DNA of 55,628 bases, filler included, from Catajapyx aquilonaris (taxonomy: Eukaryota): the NCBI GenBank assembly GCA_000934665.2. It is 4 parts of 4 records of this genome, joined end to end, with 100 filler letters (N's around TTAATTAATTAA, not from the genome) between each part and the next. Parts side by side here need not be neighbours in the genome. Positions count along the whole stretch, not along the records: positions 1 to 13,784 come from JYFJ02007988.1; 3 more parts are not named here. The stretch is one strand, 5' to 3'. Positions 1 through 12,782 of the stretch are shown piece by piece. The notes below the pieces were generated by a model. It had not been told where the DNA came from, did no database searches, and worked only from the letters and a program-made list of their open reading frames with translations. A program made the position numbers and the translations under genes. Within the stretch, counting starts at the first letter, position 1. Every line of letters begins with the position of its first letter.

Positions 1-113
1 GTACAAGGTTGGAAATAAAGGGGGACTCCAGACAAGATGGCTGACCGAGTTGGACGTGTTTCACTAGGGGGGCTAAGTAAAAGACCCGAATAAAACACAT
101 TACTATACTTTAC

Positions 114-2485
114 CTTTATCAAAGAGCAGAGTTCCGCTCGTGGCCTGGACCACGGTGGTTTGCGCGAGTAATCCGTTATGTGCTCTTTGCATCTTCTGAT
201 CAACTGGTTTGTAATCTAAACACAATTAAGAATATTAGGCCTACTTTTGTCACTCTCTTATAATAATCGTAAAGTAAAATTACCTTTATCATGAGAGAAG
301 ATATTCTTTCGGATGATTTGAAATAGGGTGATGCAAACTGGATCATTCGGACAATTTGCAACAATTGGATAAGACCTTCCCTCATGCTTGCCTGCGAGAA
401 TATCATATTGAAAGTGAAATGGATACAAGGTAACAATCAGTTGCCATTCTCATACTTGCCGGTTTAGAAACGTAAATTGTATGGCAGAAATCTTCAATTT
501 TTTCCACATACTTTGCATTTTCTTTGGCTTCTACGTAACAGTAGGTAACCTTCTTGTCCATCTCCGTCCAGGAATCAATAATACGAGAGCCTCCTAGTTG
601 AAGAGCTTGAATTGTCATCTGTGGTTCATGGTCTTGCAAGTGATTCATGATGACCGAGAACTGTGCTGTCCGTTTTTTCCAGTACTCAATCTCATCTTGA
701 GGACCGCTGTCATCATACTCGCGTCTCAGCTGCTCGCTTTCCAACACAACCTGAATAATATTTCAAAGTGACATCTAACTGCTGTTAACTGAATGGCATC
801 ACTTGTCACCTCGTGGAGTTTTTTCCTCCATTCTTCTAATCGAGATTCCAGAACTCTGACAAACTCCTCGTCTCTGACCAAATCCCTGGCTTGTTCGTCG
901 CTGTGTATCCTGTGCATCAGGTTGAGTCCGTCGTCAAAGAGGTTGGACTGATGCTGAACTTGGGAACAAACTGCAATGGCATGTGAATCAGATATAATCA
1001 GGCTCACGATTGGAGATCCTAAGAAATACTTTCATAAAATGGATACTTTTACAATTCTACAGTGAGGTAAATCAGTAGGCTACATTTAGGGTGTTGTCAT
1101 CCTGCTTCCTAGTCCGACTGATGTAATCCCAAAAAATGACATCAATCCTGCTCACCTCTGAGACACGAAGCGAATGAACGAATGATAGGTATGACTTCCC
1201 TCCGAATTCTAGGCTGAAAAAGTTCTTCGTCACTATCTGGTGCTGGATGTTGAACAGATGGCAAAAGAACAGTGCTCATCATACGGTGAAGACATGTCAC
1301 TACGCCAACATCACTTGTGTCTATCACGCCAAACACTATTTCCTGTTTACAAATCAAGAATATTACAAATAAATATTACAAGCTTAGTATAAAACCTACT
1401 GAAAGAAGTGAGGATAATTAATTAATTATTACCGTAATGCGCACCAATTCGTGGGTGGGAGTAAGCTTACCCGAAAGAAGGCATCATCAGAGAGGGCCTT
1501 GGCGTTATTAGTTCGGATCACATAGACACATATTCCTGTCAGGGGTATTGAATATCCATCCGTAATGAATATTCGTTTCCGTATTTCGACTGGAACCGGA
1601 AGGGGAGGGGGCGCCAACTGTTTTGGCGGACTTAGTCGGGTTGTCTTGCTGGGAACAACCACCTGGAAAAATAAAATCAAAACATAACCTATGTTGACTT
1701 GAAGCCACACATGTACACACACTCTGTGGACTCAGGAGAAGAGTTAATGATGATAAAATTTTGTCTGCTTCTGAGCCCTTTTGTGGATCATCTATTGGCT
1801 AAATAAAATATTGTCTTGTTGGAAGTAAATCTATACCGTTTTTTGTTGCTCTTGTGGAACTTCTGATGTTTCAACTTTTTCCTGGTAAAAGAATAAAACA
1901 GACTTCCTGTTCTCTGCCATAAAGAGTTGGCTCAGATCCAAGGCCTGAAAAATAGGTCATTGGTTGAGTCAGTTGTAATGAAGAGAGACACTAATATTAC
2001 AGACCACTTTCTCTTGGAAGAATTGATCTGATACATCTTCCCGTAGAAGTCCAGTAGCATCAGACAGTAACTGGATGATAAAATCAAGCTTGGGGTCAGC
2101 GTCCCCTCGCCGATGGTCACCATCGCTTTTGCGGCTCTACATGGCACAAATAAACGTGGCACAAATTGCCTTTAGTGTGTAAACATATATCAATGAATAC
2201 GAAGTAGGTTTTATGATATAAATATTTTGCACCACATTGGAGAAGGTCATGTGCAATGTGGACAACAAAAAACACCCTCTTGTTTATGAAATGATTGTCA
2301 TGTAACACTAACATCGCATTACTGAATATAGGTATAGGATGGTGGTATGAAGTTAGGAATGCATGTTATGTACCCAGTTGCACGCAGTTGCAAGTTACTT
2401 CAAGGATGTAAATAACTTAGTTATTGTCATAATTGCGCAACCCTTTGACATTCCAAAGTAAGAAAAATAAGAAAATACTCACCAT
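114..2485 (-). CDS. Axonemal outer-arm dynein heavy chain (DNAH5/DNAH8, kl-3/gamma type), N-terminal ~428 aa; 3' end runs off the scaffold
   Basis: Hand-spliced exons 2485-2483 (ATG only), 2136-2005, 1944-1837, 1662-1471, 1342-1156, 970-810, 750-460, 391-284, 215-114 join in frame. Product has LDFIIQLLSDATGL, VLFFYQE, IFITDG..LTGICVYVIR, ESEQLRREYDDSGPQDEIEYWKKR, EAKENAKY, SERISSLMIK, ITNQLIRRCK, typical of the DHC_N1 region of DNAH5/8. Confidence 0.9.
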
Positions 2486-3277
2486 GTTTTGGATGCCGGT
2501 AATGCCTGCATGAATATCACAAGTTTTGCATGTCCCGGTATGCACCTATCATAATGAGCGCCTTAGTGCCCTGCTCCTTCCATTCCTCCAAGGTAGGATC
2601 GGATTGGAGCTGAATGTGTCGCATATCGATTGCAGGCTAGATGCATGCCAACACGACGATGGTACTGCCAGGAACCAAAAGAGCAGTCCTATCTCTAGAC
2701 ACCCACCATTGCCAGCCCATATTCGCAGAGTATGGGATATTCCGACGATTATATCTCTTACAGTAACTATGCGTACAATGCCAATATAATTAACTCCAGA
2801 AAGTGAATAGCCCAAAAGACCAAGACGATGAATGTTTGAGTGCCCCTTACGTCTTAGGACCAATATAGCCACTGCATTGGCGGGTTGAATGACATTTTGA
2901 CTCACCCTGTATATTAGCCTGTCCTCAAAGGTGCATACAAAGTCACGCGAATCCCTGCCCATTTCCGCCAGAGAGTGTACACCCCATTAATGCAAATCCC
3001 TACAAGGATGTGTAGGCCTACCATGTTTTGTCTCGGATATTAAAATAAAAGGATGTGTTGAAATATTGCAAACATTGCAAAACACAAACCAACCTTTGCA
3101 ATGCGTCAGTCCCGAAGCAATATTTAGCAAACAGCTGTAGGCATCACCCTCTCGATCAGTAGGTGCACAACTTGGTTTGTATAATTATTGCAATGTTTGT
3201 AATAAGTTTCCGTGTGTTGTATATCGGAAAATCATTTTCCAGCTGCTTGGAGACATTTCGCGAATTGGCGCATTAAC

Positions 3278-4033
3278 ATGACCTCTCGTTACACATTGGT
3301 GTTAGTAACAGTAGGGATGATTTGTTTCATTTACACTGCTGTTGCAGAGGAAACTAGCGAAGGGACACCACATGTTACAAGTAGTGATTCATCTACTACA
3401 ACTGAAGATCCGACGCCAGATGTAAGATATCCATTTACATTTTGTACTTCTTCCACAAAGAAATTATGAGGATTAATGAATATTATTCAATTAATTGCAT
3501 GGAATCTCATTATCTCACTTGATTTGGTGCACCAGTTCTTATGCGCCCCACTACATATATATGTCCGTGCAACCCTTTCATGCAGAGGGAAGTACAGGAC
3601 CCAGAGATTTCAAGCGGTATGAAAATGCTACGTACAATTTTTATTTTATTTTACTGAAGTTTTCCTTTGTAATTCATGCACAATTATTACTGTGAAATAT
3701 TTCAGTGTATCGTCAAATGCACCTTTGAAAAGCTTGGAATGGTACATATACGGTATTTCTAATGTCTTGGCATCTGCATATTAATTTATTCTGAATAAAA
3801 TCTTACATGTTTCTTCTGTCAACATCTCTATGTTAGTTGAAACCTGATGGCTACCTGGATGTTGGTAAAATTCGAAATTGCAAAAGACTACAACAAGCTG
3901 TAAGGCTGTGTCTCATAATCAGAGGTTAGTTAGTGAGATGAACTATTCGTAAATTGAAGATTTATATGAAACCCTCTGCTTTCAGCAACCGAAATCAACC
4001 CACGAATGGGCTGCCAAGGATATACATCCCTGA
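3278..4033 (+). CDS. Putative small secreted odorant-binding-protein-like gene or pseudogene; exon structure partly uncertain
   Basis: Exon 3278-3421 encodes a signal peptide plus a T/S-rich stretch and ends at GTAAGA. Exon 3706-3741 gives CIVKCTFEKLGM and exon 3837-~3899 gives LKPDGYLDVGK, resembling the OBP C2-x3-C3..G..DG..D core. Possible further exons at ~3586-3631 and 3986-4033. Confidence 0.4.
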
Positions 4034-4968
4034 ATACATGTTTTGATTTTTGAAGCAATTCTGAGAATAGTTTCTACACCCCCATTGTTTTATTATATCC
4101 CAGCTTACAGATACTGTATACGGTCAGTAGTCAAATAAATAGATGTTCTCCACGTATAGGGAGAAACATTATGTTGTGATGAGCCTATGAGTCATGTTGC
4201 TGATGGATCGGTATTGTTGTTGACTCTAATAAAGCTCCGATAAATTGACTATATTTGCTCATTGCAATATACAGCATTTTTATTAGTTTCTTTATAAGTA
4301 ATTGTAATATTGCGACGTACCGTTGGCACATACCAGAGATATACAAAGTCCAAAAAACCAGTTTCGAGAATACAAAGATTTGGCCGGATTTGGCATTGCA
4401 CTTACATTACATGCCAAGTGGCGAGAGATAACCCTGTGTTGCTGGCTAATTTTATGACTGTCTAGGTTGATTTCTCTTGTTTGGATCGAAGTTGTGTGTC
4501 AGTAAATGAGTAAACAACTCTTAATTCAAGGAGTGATCAGCTGTATTAAAAGATGATTAATGTAAACAAATTTAAATGGTCTGTTTTCCTCCTGAAGTCG
4601 AAGAATGGAATGGAGACCTTGCACAAAGCAACTACCGTATTCACTTGGGATATGTAATAGTGGCGTATATGAATGCAACGTATATGACTGGTACATTTGA
4701 GCTGATTTAAAGATTAAGTTACTTGAAACATGGGTTTCAGATGTATGTGGACAGGGTCGCAACTGCAGCTATTTTCCGGGTAGATATAGGCAGCAAATCC
4801 TCGATAATGTTATCGCCATAAATATAGGTCAATACGGTACATTTTCAGTTTCTCTAATCTTTCGCAATGCTAATCCGATTGCGGTAGGTTACAGTCCGCT
4901 CCAGGGTCGACTCAAGTTCAACGTAAACAGTTACATAATTTCGTCGTAGTTCGTACCGAGTTCGTACT

Positions 4969-4982
4969 GTACGCATGGCAAC
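4969..4982. promoter_or_regulatory. RFX X-box-like motif in the dynein-kintoun intergenic region
   Basis: GTACGCATGGCAAC resembles GTTGCCATGGCAAC; forkhead core GTAAACA at 4923-4929. Confidence 0.35.
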
Positions 4983-5352
4983 GTCGCATCCTCTGCCCGG
5001 TCAGAGTAGCTATTTCTGCAACTATTAGTTTAAGAGTAGCAAGTAGCCACGTCAATGATATAAGTTTTGTCCTGTGCACTGATACACAGGATCACATGCA
5101 GGGTACAGTTTTTCACTCTGCACAGCATCACGCAGCATGTACCGGCAACAATAACAAGCAAACCGGCATGTTGTAGCGACTAACATATAGCTGTTATTTT
5201 TAGTAGCTGCTATGCTGGTCCGACCCTCGTTTCTAGATCATTCGGTTTGTGGTGTATATTTTTTTAATATTATTTCTTCCTTGATCGGACGACGCGACGG
5301 TGGCAGTCGGCTCCGTCCCCAACAACAAACGACCGGTGCCAGGCAGTTGTCG

Positions 5353-5371
5353 GCTGCTAGCAACGTAAACA
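5353..5371. promoter_or_regulatory. Adjacent X-box-like and forkhead motifs upstream of kintoun
   Basis: GCTGCTAGCAAC directly followed by GTAAACA, ending 44 bp before the ATG. Confidence 0.4.
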
Positions 5372-5414
5372 CAACGGGCGGAAGGGTGGAATCGGAGGAC
5401 ACGAAGAAGCAAAG

Positions 5415-7041
5415 ATGAGCGGCAGTGGTGCGGCGGATGATCGCAGCAACTTTTACAAGGTGTTTCGAGACCTGGAACTCTCAGGGGATGAGGTGGGCCG
5501 GTTCAGCAAGGCATTCCGGGATCCGGAGTTCAAGAAGCTGTTCCGGGAGTATGCGGAGGGGCTGGCAGACCCGGAGAACAGGAGGAAGTATGAGGAAGAG
5601 CTGAAGCAGCTAGAGGCGCAGAGGGGCGTTGAGGTCACCTTCATCACTCCTGAGCCTGGTTATGTGCTCAAGACAAGCCAGGGAGGCAGCGTCAAGGCTT
5701 TCCTCAACCTCTGCCACAATGACAAGGTCCAGAAGGCTGAGTGCAGGCCGAAGGTGGGGTCGGACGGGAATAAGGGAATGCACTGGACCATCCCGTACTC
5801 GCAAGCACCGCCCAAGAAGTAAGTACTTGTCTGTTATGGAGGTTGTCAGGAATAAGGGGTGAACTGAAGGGGACAGTGCCCTTGTCAGTGCAAGTGTGTA
5901 CTTCGTCAGGGGGTCGCTGTGTCACACAATTTTGTGAGAATCAACTGGCTATATTAACTGTAAGAAATACCATGATTTTACAAAGTATCATATATTGGCA
6001 ATGTATATGTTAACCTTTAATGATTTATGCCTTGCCCGAGAATCCTCCTTGAATGACAATCAGCACCAGTCATATCCACTTGACACCAATCATTTAACCT
6101 CAAGTTTGACAATAATCTTTCTACCCTCAGAGACCTTGACCAGAAGAATAAAGACTGTGTAGTGTACGACGTAGTATTTCACCCGGACATATATGCATTG
6201 GGCCAGAAAGATTCTCGCATGAAGAAGTTGCTGGAATCCACTGCATTAGAAGCCGTTGAATCCACTTTTGGGGTCGAGTTAGACAAGAACAACCTGAGGT
6301 ACCCCAAACTTAAGTACAAAGGAGTGGTCCAGAGCACAGTGATAAGGAAAAAGAAGGAAGGGCACATGCCTGGAGATGCAGAACAGGATGAATTTGTGCA
6401 GAAAGTATATCCAGACTTTTACAAAGATGTCACGACTGAGGGACAGGACAAGTCCAAGACTGAGAAGGTAAGTGCCTTGCAGTTAGTTGTATCAGTGTCT
6501 GACCACATTTTCACTCATGGAATAGGCCACCTTTGCTGTTTTGGTTGCTGATTTATGCATTACGATGACATGAAAATAGCATCATGAATGGGGCCATGCA
6601 TAAAAAAGTATGTTTCATTGATTTTAGACATTTGAGACCACCATAGCTCCCAAGTCATGCAGGACCAGACCAACCACGTCATATAAATGGAAATTTGTAG
6701 ATTTATATGGGGAGTGGGCAGTCAGGCTAGAGTCTCATTCCCTCAACATTAGAACTAAGGCAATTCTTGGAGTTCATATGTCAATTTGGGGGGGTATGGT
6801 GGTGTAGGGGTTATCACCACAGCCTTCCACCTCCCCGGTTCCGAGTTGGATCACTGGAAGGGACAGAGGATACTTATATGGATAGCATTTCAATGTGATC
6901 TCTCCGTGATTGTGTAGGTTTTGTCAGGGCTCTCCTGTTTCCTCCCACAATCAAAATCCATCACGGGACAGTCAATGATTAAAGTTGGTTATAGAAAAGA
7001 TGATCCCCTAAAATGCCCAAGGAGGCCTATCACCAGGTACC

Positions 7042-7105
<64 letters not shown>

Positions 7106-10100
7106 TCTAAATTTATCACTAGTGATGTGTGACACAATTTACTGGTCACCTTCCATCTTTTGTGAATGTGGCATTCTTCATGTTTGGTCATTATTATTTT
7201 TTATTTTTCCTAATCCTAGTTAAACACTTTTTTGTATAGTAAATGGATATGAAGTTTTTGAAGTTTGCACATAGAACATGGAAAGTTTAGTCCAAGTGTG
7301 GACTCCGTAACCTGGGCAACAATGATCCCATTGCTTAATCAATATCAGGTTGACCTTGCCCACAGTATTGTCATTGAGAAAATCATTGACAAAGTCAGGT
7401 TTCTTTATTTCATTTGCAATATGAACTGCCTGCTGCATTTTCTGCCATTTATGCTGTTATTGCAGAAATCCATTGTGCATGAACTACTTGTGGCATTACA
7501 ATACCTTGATAAGGCTGGGCATATGACAAAACATGACATTGTGGAAGTGTGGAATGTCAGAAAGAATAATAATGTAACCAGTTCAATTGGAATCCCATTG
7601 TGAATGCCAAAATGGATTGTGTTAGTCGTACGTGGTATAAATGGAGGCAACATGGTGATTTTTATGTTGGCTGCACAATAGCAACTGGGAGTAGTGAAGT
7701 TGAAAATATCTGCTTCAAGGTGGCTTTTGCTGCCAAGTCTGATTTTGTGCACCTGCTGTGACCCCAATTCTTTTTTTGGATACCTTTTTCAGTTACCAGA
7801 ATATCCACCCATTTCTCTGAGTACATTTTGCTTAACTTCACTTCGGAACAATGCAGATATATTTTGTTGCATATAAGTCACTAAAACTTAATTGTACCAA
7901 CTCAAATGAAAGAAAAAATCTCAGATTATTTGTTTTGAAGAATGTATGTAACCAGAGATTTTTTCATAATGACTACAACTAGGCCTAATGGTGATGTTAT
8001 GTACTAAGGCTAACATTGAAATTATTCGTCTTTGTACTTGGAAAATGAAGTGATAACTCCTTGAGAATATAACAGGTTTTTAAAATTACTGCGGTATGAT
8101 TTGATACAAATTGCTACATTTGAAAGCAATTAAAGGATGTTCATTAGTGCAGTATACAGGAAGTTGGGAAATTAAAATAGCATAAGGGAGTTCGGGTGGT
8201 TCAAGGTCACTGTAGAATTAGAATACACTTTGCTCTCATCACTAGTGCAGGTGAGCTGTAGTATAGCAAATGCCTGCTTACGTAAAAAGATGTGGAGAAG
8301 TACTAAATGTTGCATATTGCAACAGTGTGGCTGTAAGCAATGCACATAAAATTATTTAACATGTTGGGCCTACATGGGAAGAAAATTTGGTTTATCTTTA
8401 ATTGTAGCTTGGCACTGCATTTTGTCTTTTAAAAACAGGCACATCCACCACCACAGAAATCTCCCAAACCCAAAGACCGCGATAAGGATGGCTACACTAC
8501 CGCAAAGTACCACATAAAGCACAGGCGTGAGGTGGATCTTCAAGACCACAGCACTGCCAGTGAGAAGGATGCCCGCCTTCATTGCCTCCGCCCTTCTGCT
8601 CTGATAGTAGAAGTGGAACTCCCATTGCTCACCACTTCCAGAGGGGTGGATCTGCAGGTGGAGGAGAAGAGACTCAGGCTAGTCAGTCATGCTCCCCTTC
8701 CCAAATACAAGCTGGATGTGTGCCTCCCTTACCCAGTCAGAAGAGATGAAGGGGCAGCCTCTTTTGATCAGTCCAGAAGAAGGTTGTCTGTTACATTGCC
8801 AGTTCTGCCTCCAACATCTAAGTATCCCATCACAGCTCCTATTGCAACGGTGGAGGACGAGGATGACAGTGGAGTCGAATCGGCACAGTCCACTCCCTCT
8901 GAAGAAGGTAGGTTGCAGCCTGTGTATCTGTATACTGGATTATCTTGAATGTTACCTTGTTGTGACATGTCATCTCATGTGGGTGTTCTTCTTGTGAACC
9001 TTAATGCCTGTCTTCATATTTATGTAGGCTGACAAATTTATTTTGATTATTTACACAGAGTAGGCCATTGCCTAAGGCCAGGTAGGCCTTGTCCTAAGAG
9101 CCTAAGTTGACACCACAGTGGGGTGGGGTAAAGCATTATGGATTTCTTATTCCACATTTCATAATGATTCAGGCAGTTCTCTTTTGATTTTTTTGGGCAA
9201 TAGAGGGTCACTTTAGTAGAGATATCACATGGACACTGTAGCCGTATTATTGAGATAACGCTCATTGGTAAGAATCCATATACTACCAAATGAGATCCGA
9301 GTTTAAGCCACCATTTAAGTTCCTATATCATTAGAATGCACATAGAGAAGAAATTTACGCTTCTCTGAATGAGAAATACCACCTGAATGGTGACATAATT
9401 ATGTGAAAATATCTGGGTCCATTCCTTATCCACCTTTTCTCAGTAACGTGGCATAAGTCTCAAAGATACCATAAAATGTAAAGCAAGTAAATTTGGTACC
9501 ATTATGAAATCTATTAATGGGCTCAAAAAATGGCAGTGTAAATTTCAACCTGGAAGTAAGATAAAGATATGCATTGGTCTCCTAATCTTCACTTTCCATC
9601 TGCACTTGCATCACACTTATTACTGTGCTTGGGAATGTAAGGGTGAACGATGACTTTCTTGTGGAGTTCAAGGCCATGACTTTCATTTATTAATAAAAAC
9701 ATCAAAGCAAGTGCTAGCCCTGCGTGGCAGATTAACTGTGTAAACTGTTCCACCCTGTTTGTCCTTCTTTTACTCACACTGCAGATGCATATTTATAAAT
9801 ACGATTACTAGCAAGCTGTAAGACTAATGCAGGGGACCATCTAATAATCACAATTAAATGGTAATGACAAGTGTGTTTTATTTTTGTTCTTTAAGTTGAC
9901 TGCAGTAAATTTGAAAAATATACAGATAGGTAGCTGGATACACTTCTGATCCCATAAAAGTAGTTCTGGCAGTTTTTATGCCTTTGGTTCATTGGTCCTC
10001 ATCCAGCACGTTTCAAAGTATGGCTGGAGGTAATTCAGGTGGGAGGTCATGTAACCTGTATCGAGGCTAAAAGACAAACCACTGATTGTCAGTTCTTTGC

Positions 10101-12370
10101 CAAGGTTAGCTCCTTTTAACACAAAAAAATTGATTTACAGATTTTTGTGTAGATTCTGATAGCAGGACGTTCAAATTGCTTGGTACACCTATATGTTAAA
10201 TTTAAAGGGCACAGAGCAAAAAATGCGCCGGTCTTGTCCATATCTATTGATGCAAACAGGAAAATTACTGAAGTTGTGATCAGCTGACTGACAACCAAGG
10301 TAACTCTTCTTACCCTCCTGAATTTTGAAGTTTTGGGGAATTTTTGGGCTACCGGCGACTCGCGACCGATGCAGGTGCTGTGGCTCCGGAATATCACCTT
10401 TTGGCTGTATTTTCACCCAGCTAACGTGGAAATTAGCAGTGGAGGTGATGTTTTCTCAGCAATATAGGCCAAGCAGAATTAGAAAATTCAAACATTTTCA
10501 AAATTCAGGAGGGTAAGAAGAGTTACTTTGGTTGTGAGAGTTGATTGATGTGGAACTCCATGGAGCAGAGAAATGCATATCTGCAAGGATATGTTCTCCT
10601 TTGACTTTGAGACCAATTATCTTGACAATGACATCTCTCTATGCAGTGATCCTCGTCGGCTCAGGTCTTGACCCTGGAAGTTTGCCTGAACCAGTGTGAA
10701 ACACTACATGTATGAGGGCTGTTCAAAAAAAGACCGAACTTTTTTTATACAGACTACATTGCTTAATTTGCTACATTTTAAGCACTGTCCCCTTCAAGCT
10801 AGTTCCCTCACCTGGGGATAGACAGTTTTAATTTTTTCTTCCATTGTTGGAATGCTTCCTGGAACGCATTTTCTGTGATGGCGGGCAGTACTCTTGTCGC
10901 ATTGTCCTGAATAGCCTCTATGGTTCAGAAATGACGTCATTTCAAATTGGTTTCAAGTTTTAAATATAGCAAAAAGTCTAGTGGAGCTAAGTCTGGAGAA
11001 TTGAGTAGATTGGCATAACGGATATCTGATGTTTTGCCAGATAATGGTGACGAGAAGCAATGTGTGAGCGGTGCATTGCCACGGCGCCGCATGGCACAAT
11101 ATCCAAGTTGGGCTTTCCCACATTTTAGGCCTTTCTTGGGCACAGAATCTCTCAATCACACTAAAACATTCTGGTACAACACTGTTTTTCTTCCAATCTG
11201 ACAACATGGTCCAAATTCATAAAGAAAAATGCCTTTCCAATCCAAAAGCACAACCAACATCACCTTGACCTTTGAATGACTGATCTGTGCCTCTTTTGGT
11301 CGAGGAGACCCTTCCCAAGTATGCTTGGTAAAGGAATTGAAATGTCTGTAAATTTTTACCAATTTCTTAGCAAAATTTCACACAAACACGTTGTTTTTCA
11401 AACTCTCTCATTTTCACTTTCTCACTAATTCGATGAACAGTTCGTCCAAGTCCTCACTTACGTGGATGTATCTCGATTACCAATGGTCATATTGGAACGT
11501 GGCAAATGGCAATTTGTGGTCAAGATATGTCGCTAGGTGCTGTTAGTAGCCGCAATACGCTCTTTTTGCTGGTTGACGTGCTATTTAAAAAGTTCGGTCT
11601 TTTTTTGAACAGCCCTCGTAGTAACTATATTCGATTAAAATTGCTTCTGTTGTACTCAAATTTGCATATGGGTTTTTCACCTGGCAACACTTACTTAGCC
11701 CACCTCTCCTGGCCTCACATATTCTCTATGCTATGACAGTCAGAGTGGTGATAATTTCGTCAGCTATCTTATCTCAGTTTGAAAACAGTGTGACTGAAAA
11801 CATTATTTTGAACCTTCAGTTCCACCAATGACAACTGATATGACAGTGGGATCCAGTTCACCTTCACCTAGCTGGGAGCCATCTCAAGAGTTACTCCAAG
11901 CAATGTCCAAGGCACCTGTCCAGGAACCAGTTCAAGAGCATGTTCTTCCCACAATCTTCCCACCCTACACCTACCAGTGCACCTCCAACACCCTCTCCCT
12001 GGTTCTTGACACTTCCAACGTTGACCCTGATTCTGTTGAATCCTGGATGAGAAAGAATCCAAACACCAAAGAAGCCCACTTTGGCATGAAAGCAACCTCA
12101 TTGGGCACAGGGCAAGTAGCCATGCCTCTCCAGGTCGTTGGAGTGATTCCCATCCAGTGCTTGCCCCAGAGCTGGGAGGATAAAGGGTTGGAAGTGAATG
12201 TGCAGGATGGAGGGGTCTCTGTTGTGATGAAACTACCATGGAAGCAGCCCTTGTTCAGGGAGGTAGCAGGTGGAGGTGGAGAGATATTCATAGGGAAGGA
12301 TATGGATCATCTTGAGCAGAGAAAAATTATCTGTACAGAAGAGTTTGCTGAAAGGCTCAGGCAGGTTAAG
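5415..12370 (+). CDS. DNAAF2: Protein kintoun / dynein axonemal assembly factor 2 (PIH1 and CS domains); 587 aa visible, 3' exons missing
   Basis: Exons 5415-5818, 6131-6467, 8439-8907, 11820-12370, all GT-AG and phase-compatible. Motifs AFRDPEFKKLFREYAEGLADPENRRKYEEELKQLE, FITPEPGYVLKT, WTIPYS, YDVVFHPD, KYKG, YKLDVCLPYPV..GAASFD..RRLSVTLPV. Confidence 0.93.
6788..7102 (+). mobile_element. tRNA-derived SINE family 1 with V-domain-like core and (ATT)n tail, in kintoun intron 2
   Basis: Degenerate A/B boxes, homologous to 48637-48880, ends in a long (TTA)n tract. Confidence 0.75.
7260..7520 (-). mobile_element. Heavily decayed Tc1/mariner (DD41D-like) transposase remnant
   Basis: Fragments across frames (PY..V..HK...DF; GKVN.....W....P) weakly match rosa-type transposases. 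Confidence 0.25.
10278..10545. repeat. Foldback/MITE-like inverted repeat
   Basis: ACAACCAAGGTAACTCTTCTTACCCTCCTGAATTTTGAA (~10291-10329) is inverted, with one mismatch, at ~10497-10535. Confidence 0.55.
10713..11618 (-). mobile_element. Internally deleted, decayed mariner transposon in kintoun intron 3
   Basis: ~30-bp TIRs (Y)GAGGGCTGTTCAAAAAAAGACCGAACTTTT with TA on both sides. Minus-strand remnants KVMLVVLLDWKG and SPDLAPLDFLLYLKL. Confidence 0.85.
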
Positions 12371-12782
12371 GTGAGTAAAGATGTGGAGCCTGGCTTTATT
12401 TCTCTCTCTTTGCTTCACTCTTAAGGCACATGTTTACCTTTAGGTCTGTAGAAATGGGTGCCCCTTGTAAGTTGCATATCCTTTACTCTGACCCCTGACC
12501 CAATACAAAGTGGCAGTGCTACTTTCCACTTACCCTGTGATTTTGTGCAGAGGTCTGGGGCACATGCAAATATAGTGCAACTTGCAGTAGGTGCCCATTT
12601 TACCACTGCAAACTGTTACAGCTATCGTTAGGTCATTATAAATTGTGTAAACACTGTGTTTCAACTGAAATGACCATAGAGGTTAGCATATTTTCATACT
12701 AAGCGCTTGCTTTGGAACAACTACCGGTACTTTTAGAGGTTACCAAAAAATTAGCTGATAATTTGAGATTGTGTAAACTCAT

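Noticed and set aside
2549..2962. 137-aa minus-strand ORF upstream of the dynein ATG
   Set aside because: No recognisable homology; the dynein N-terminus is explained without it.
6921..7223. Poly-Leu ORF, and the similar poly-Tyr (37166) and poly-Asn/Leu (46794, 46885) ORFs
   Set aside because: Translations of (ATT)n retroposon tails.
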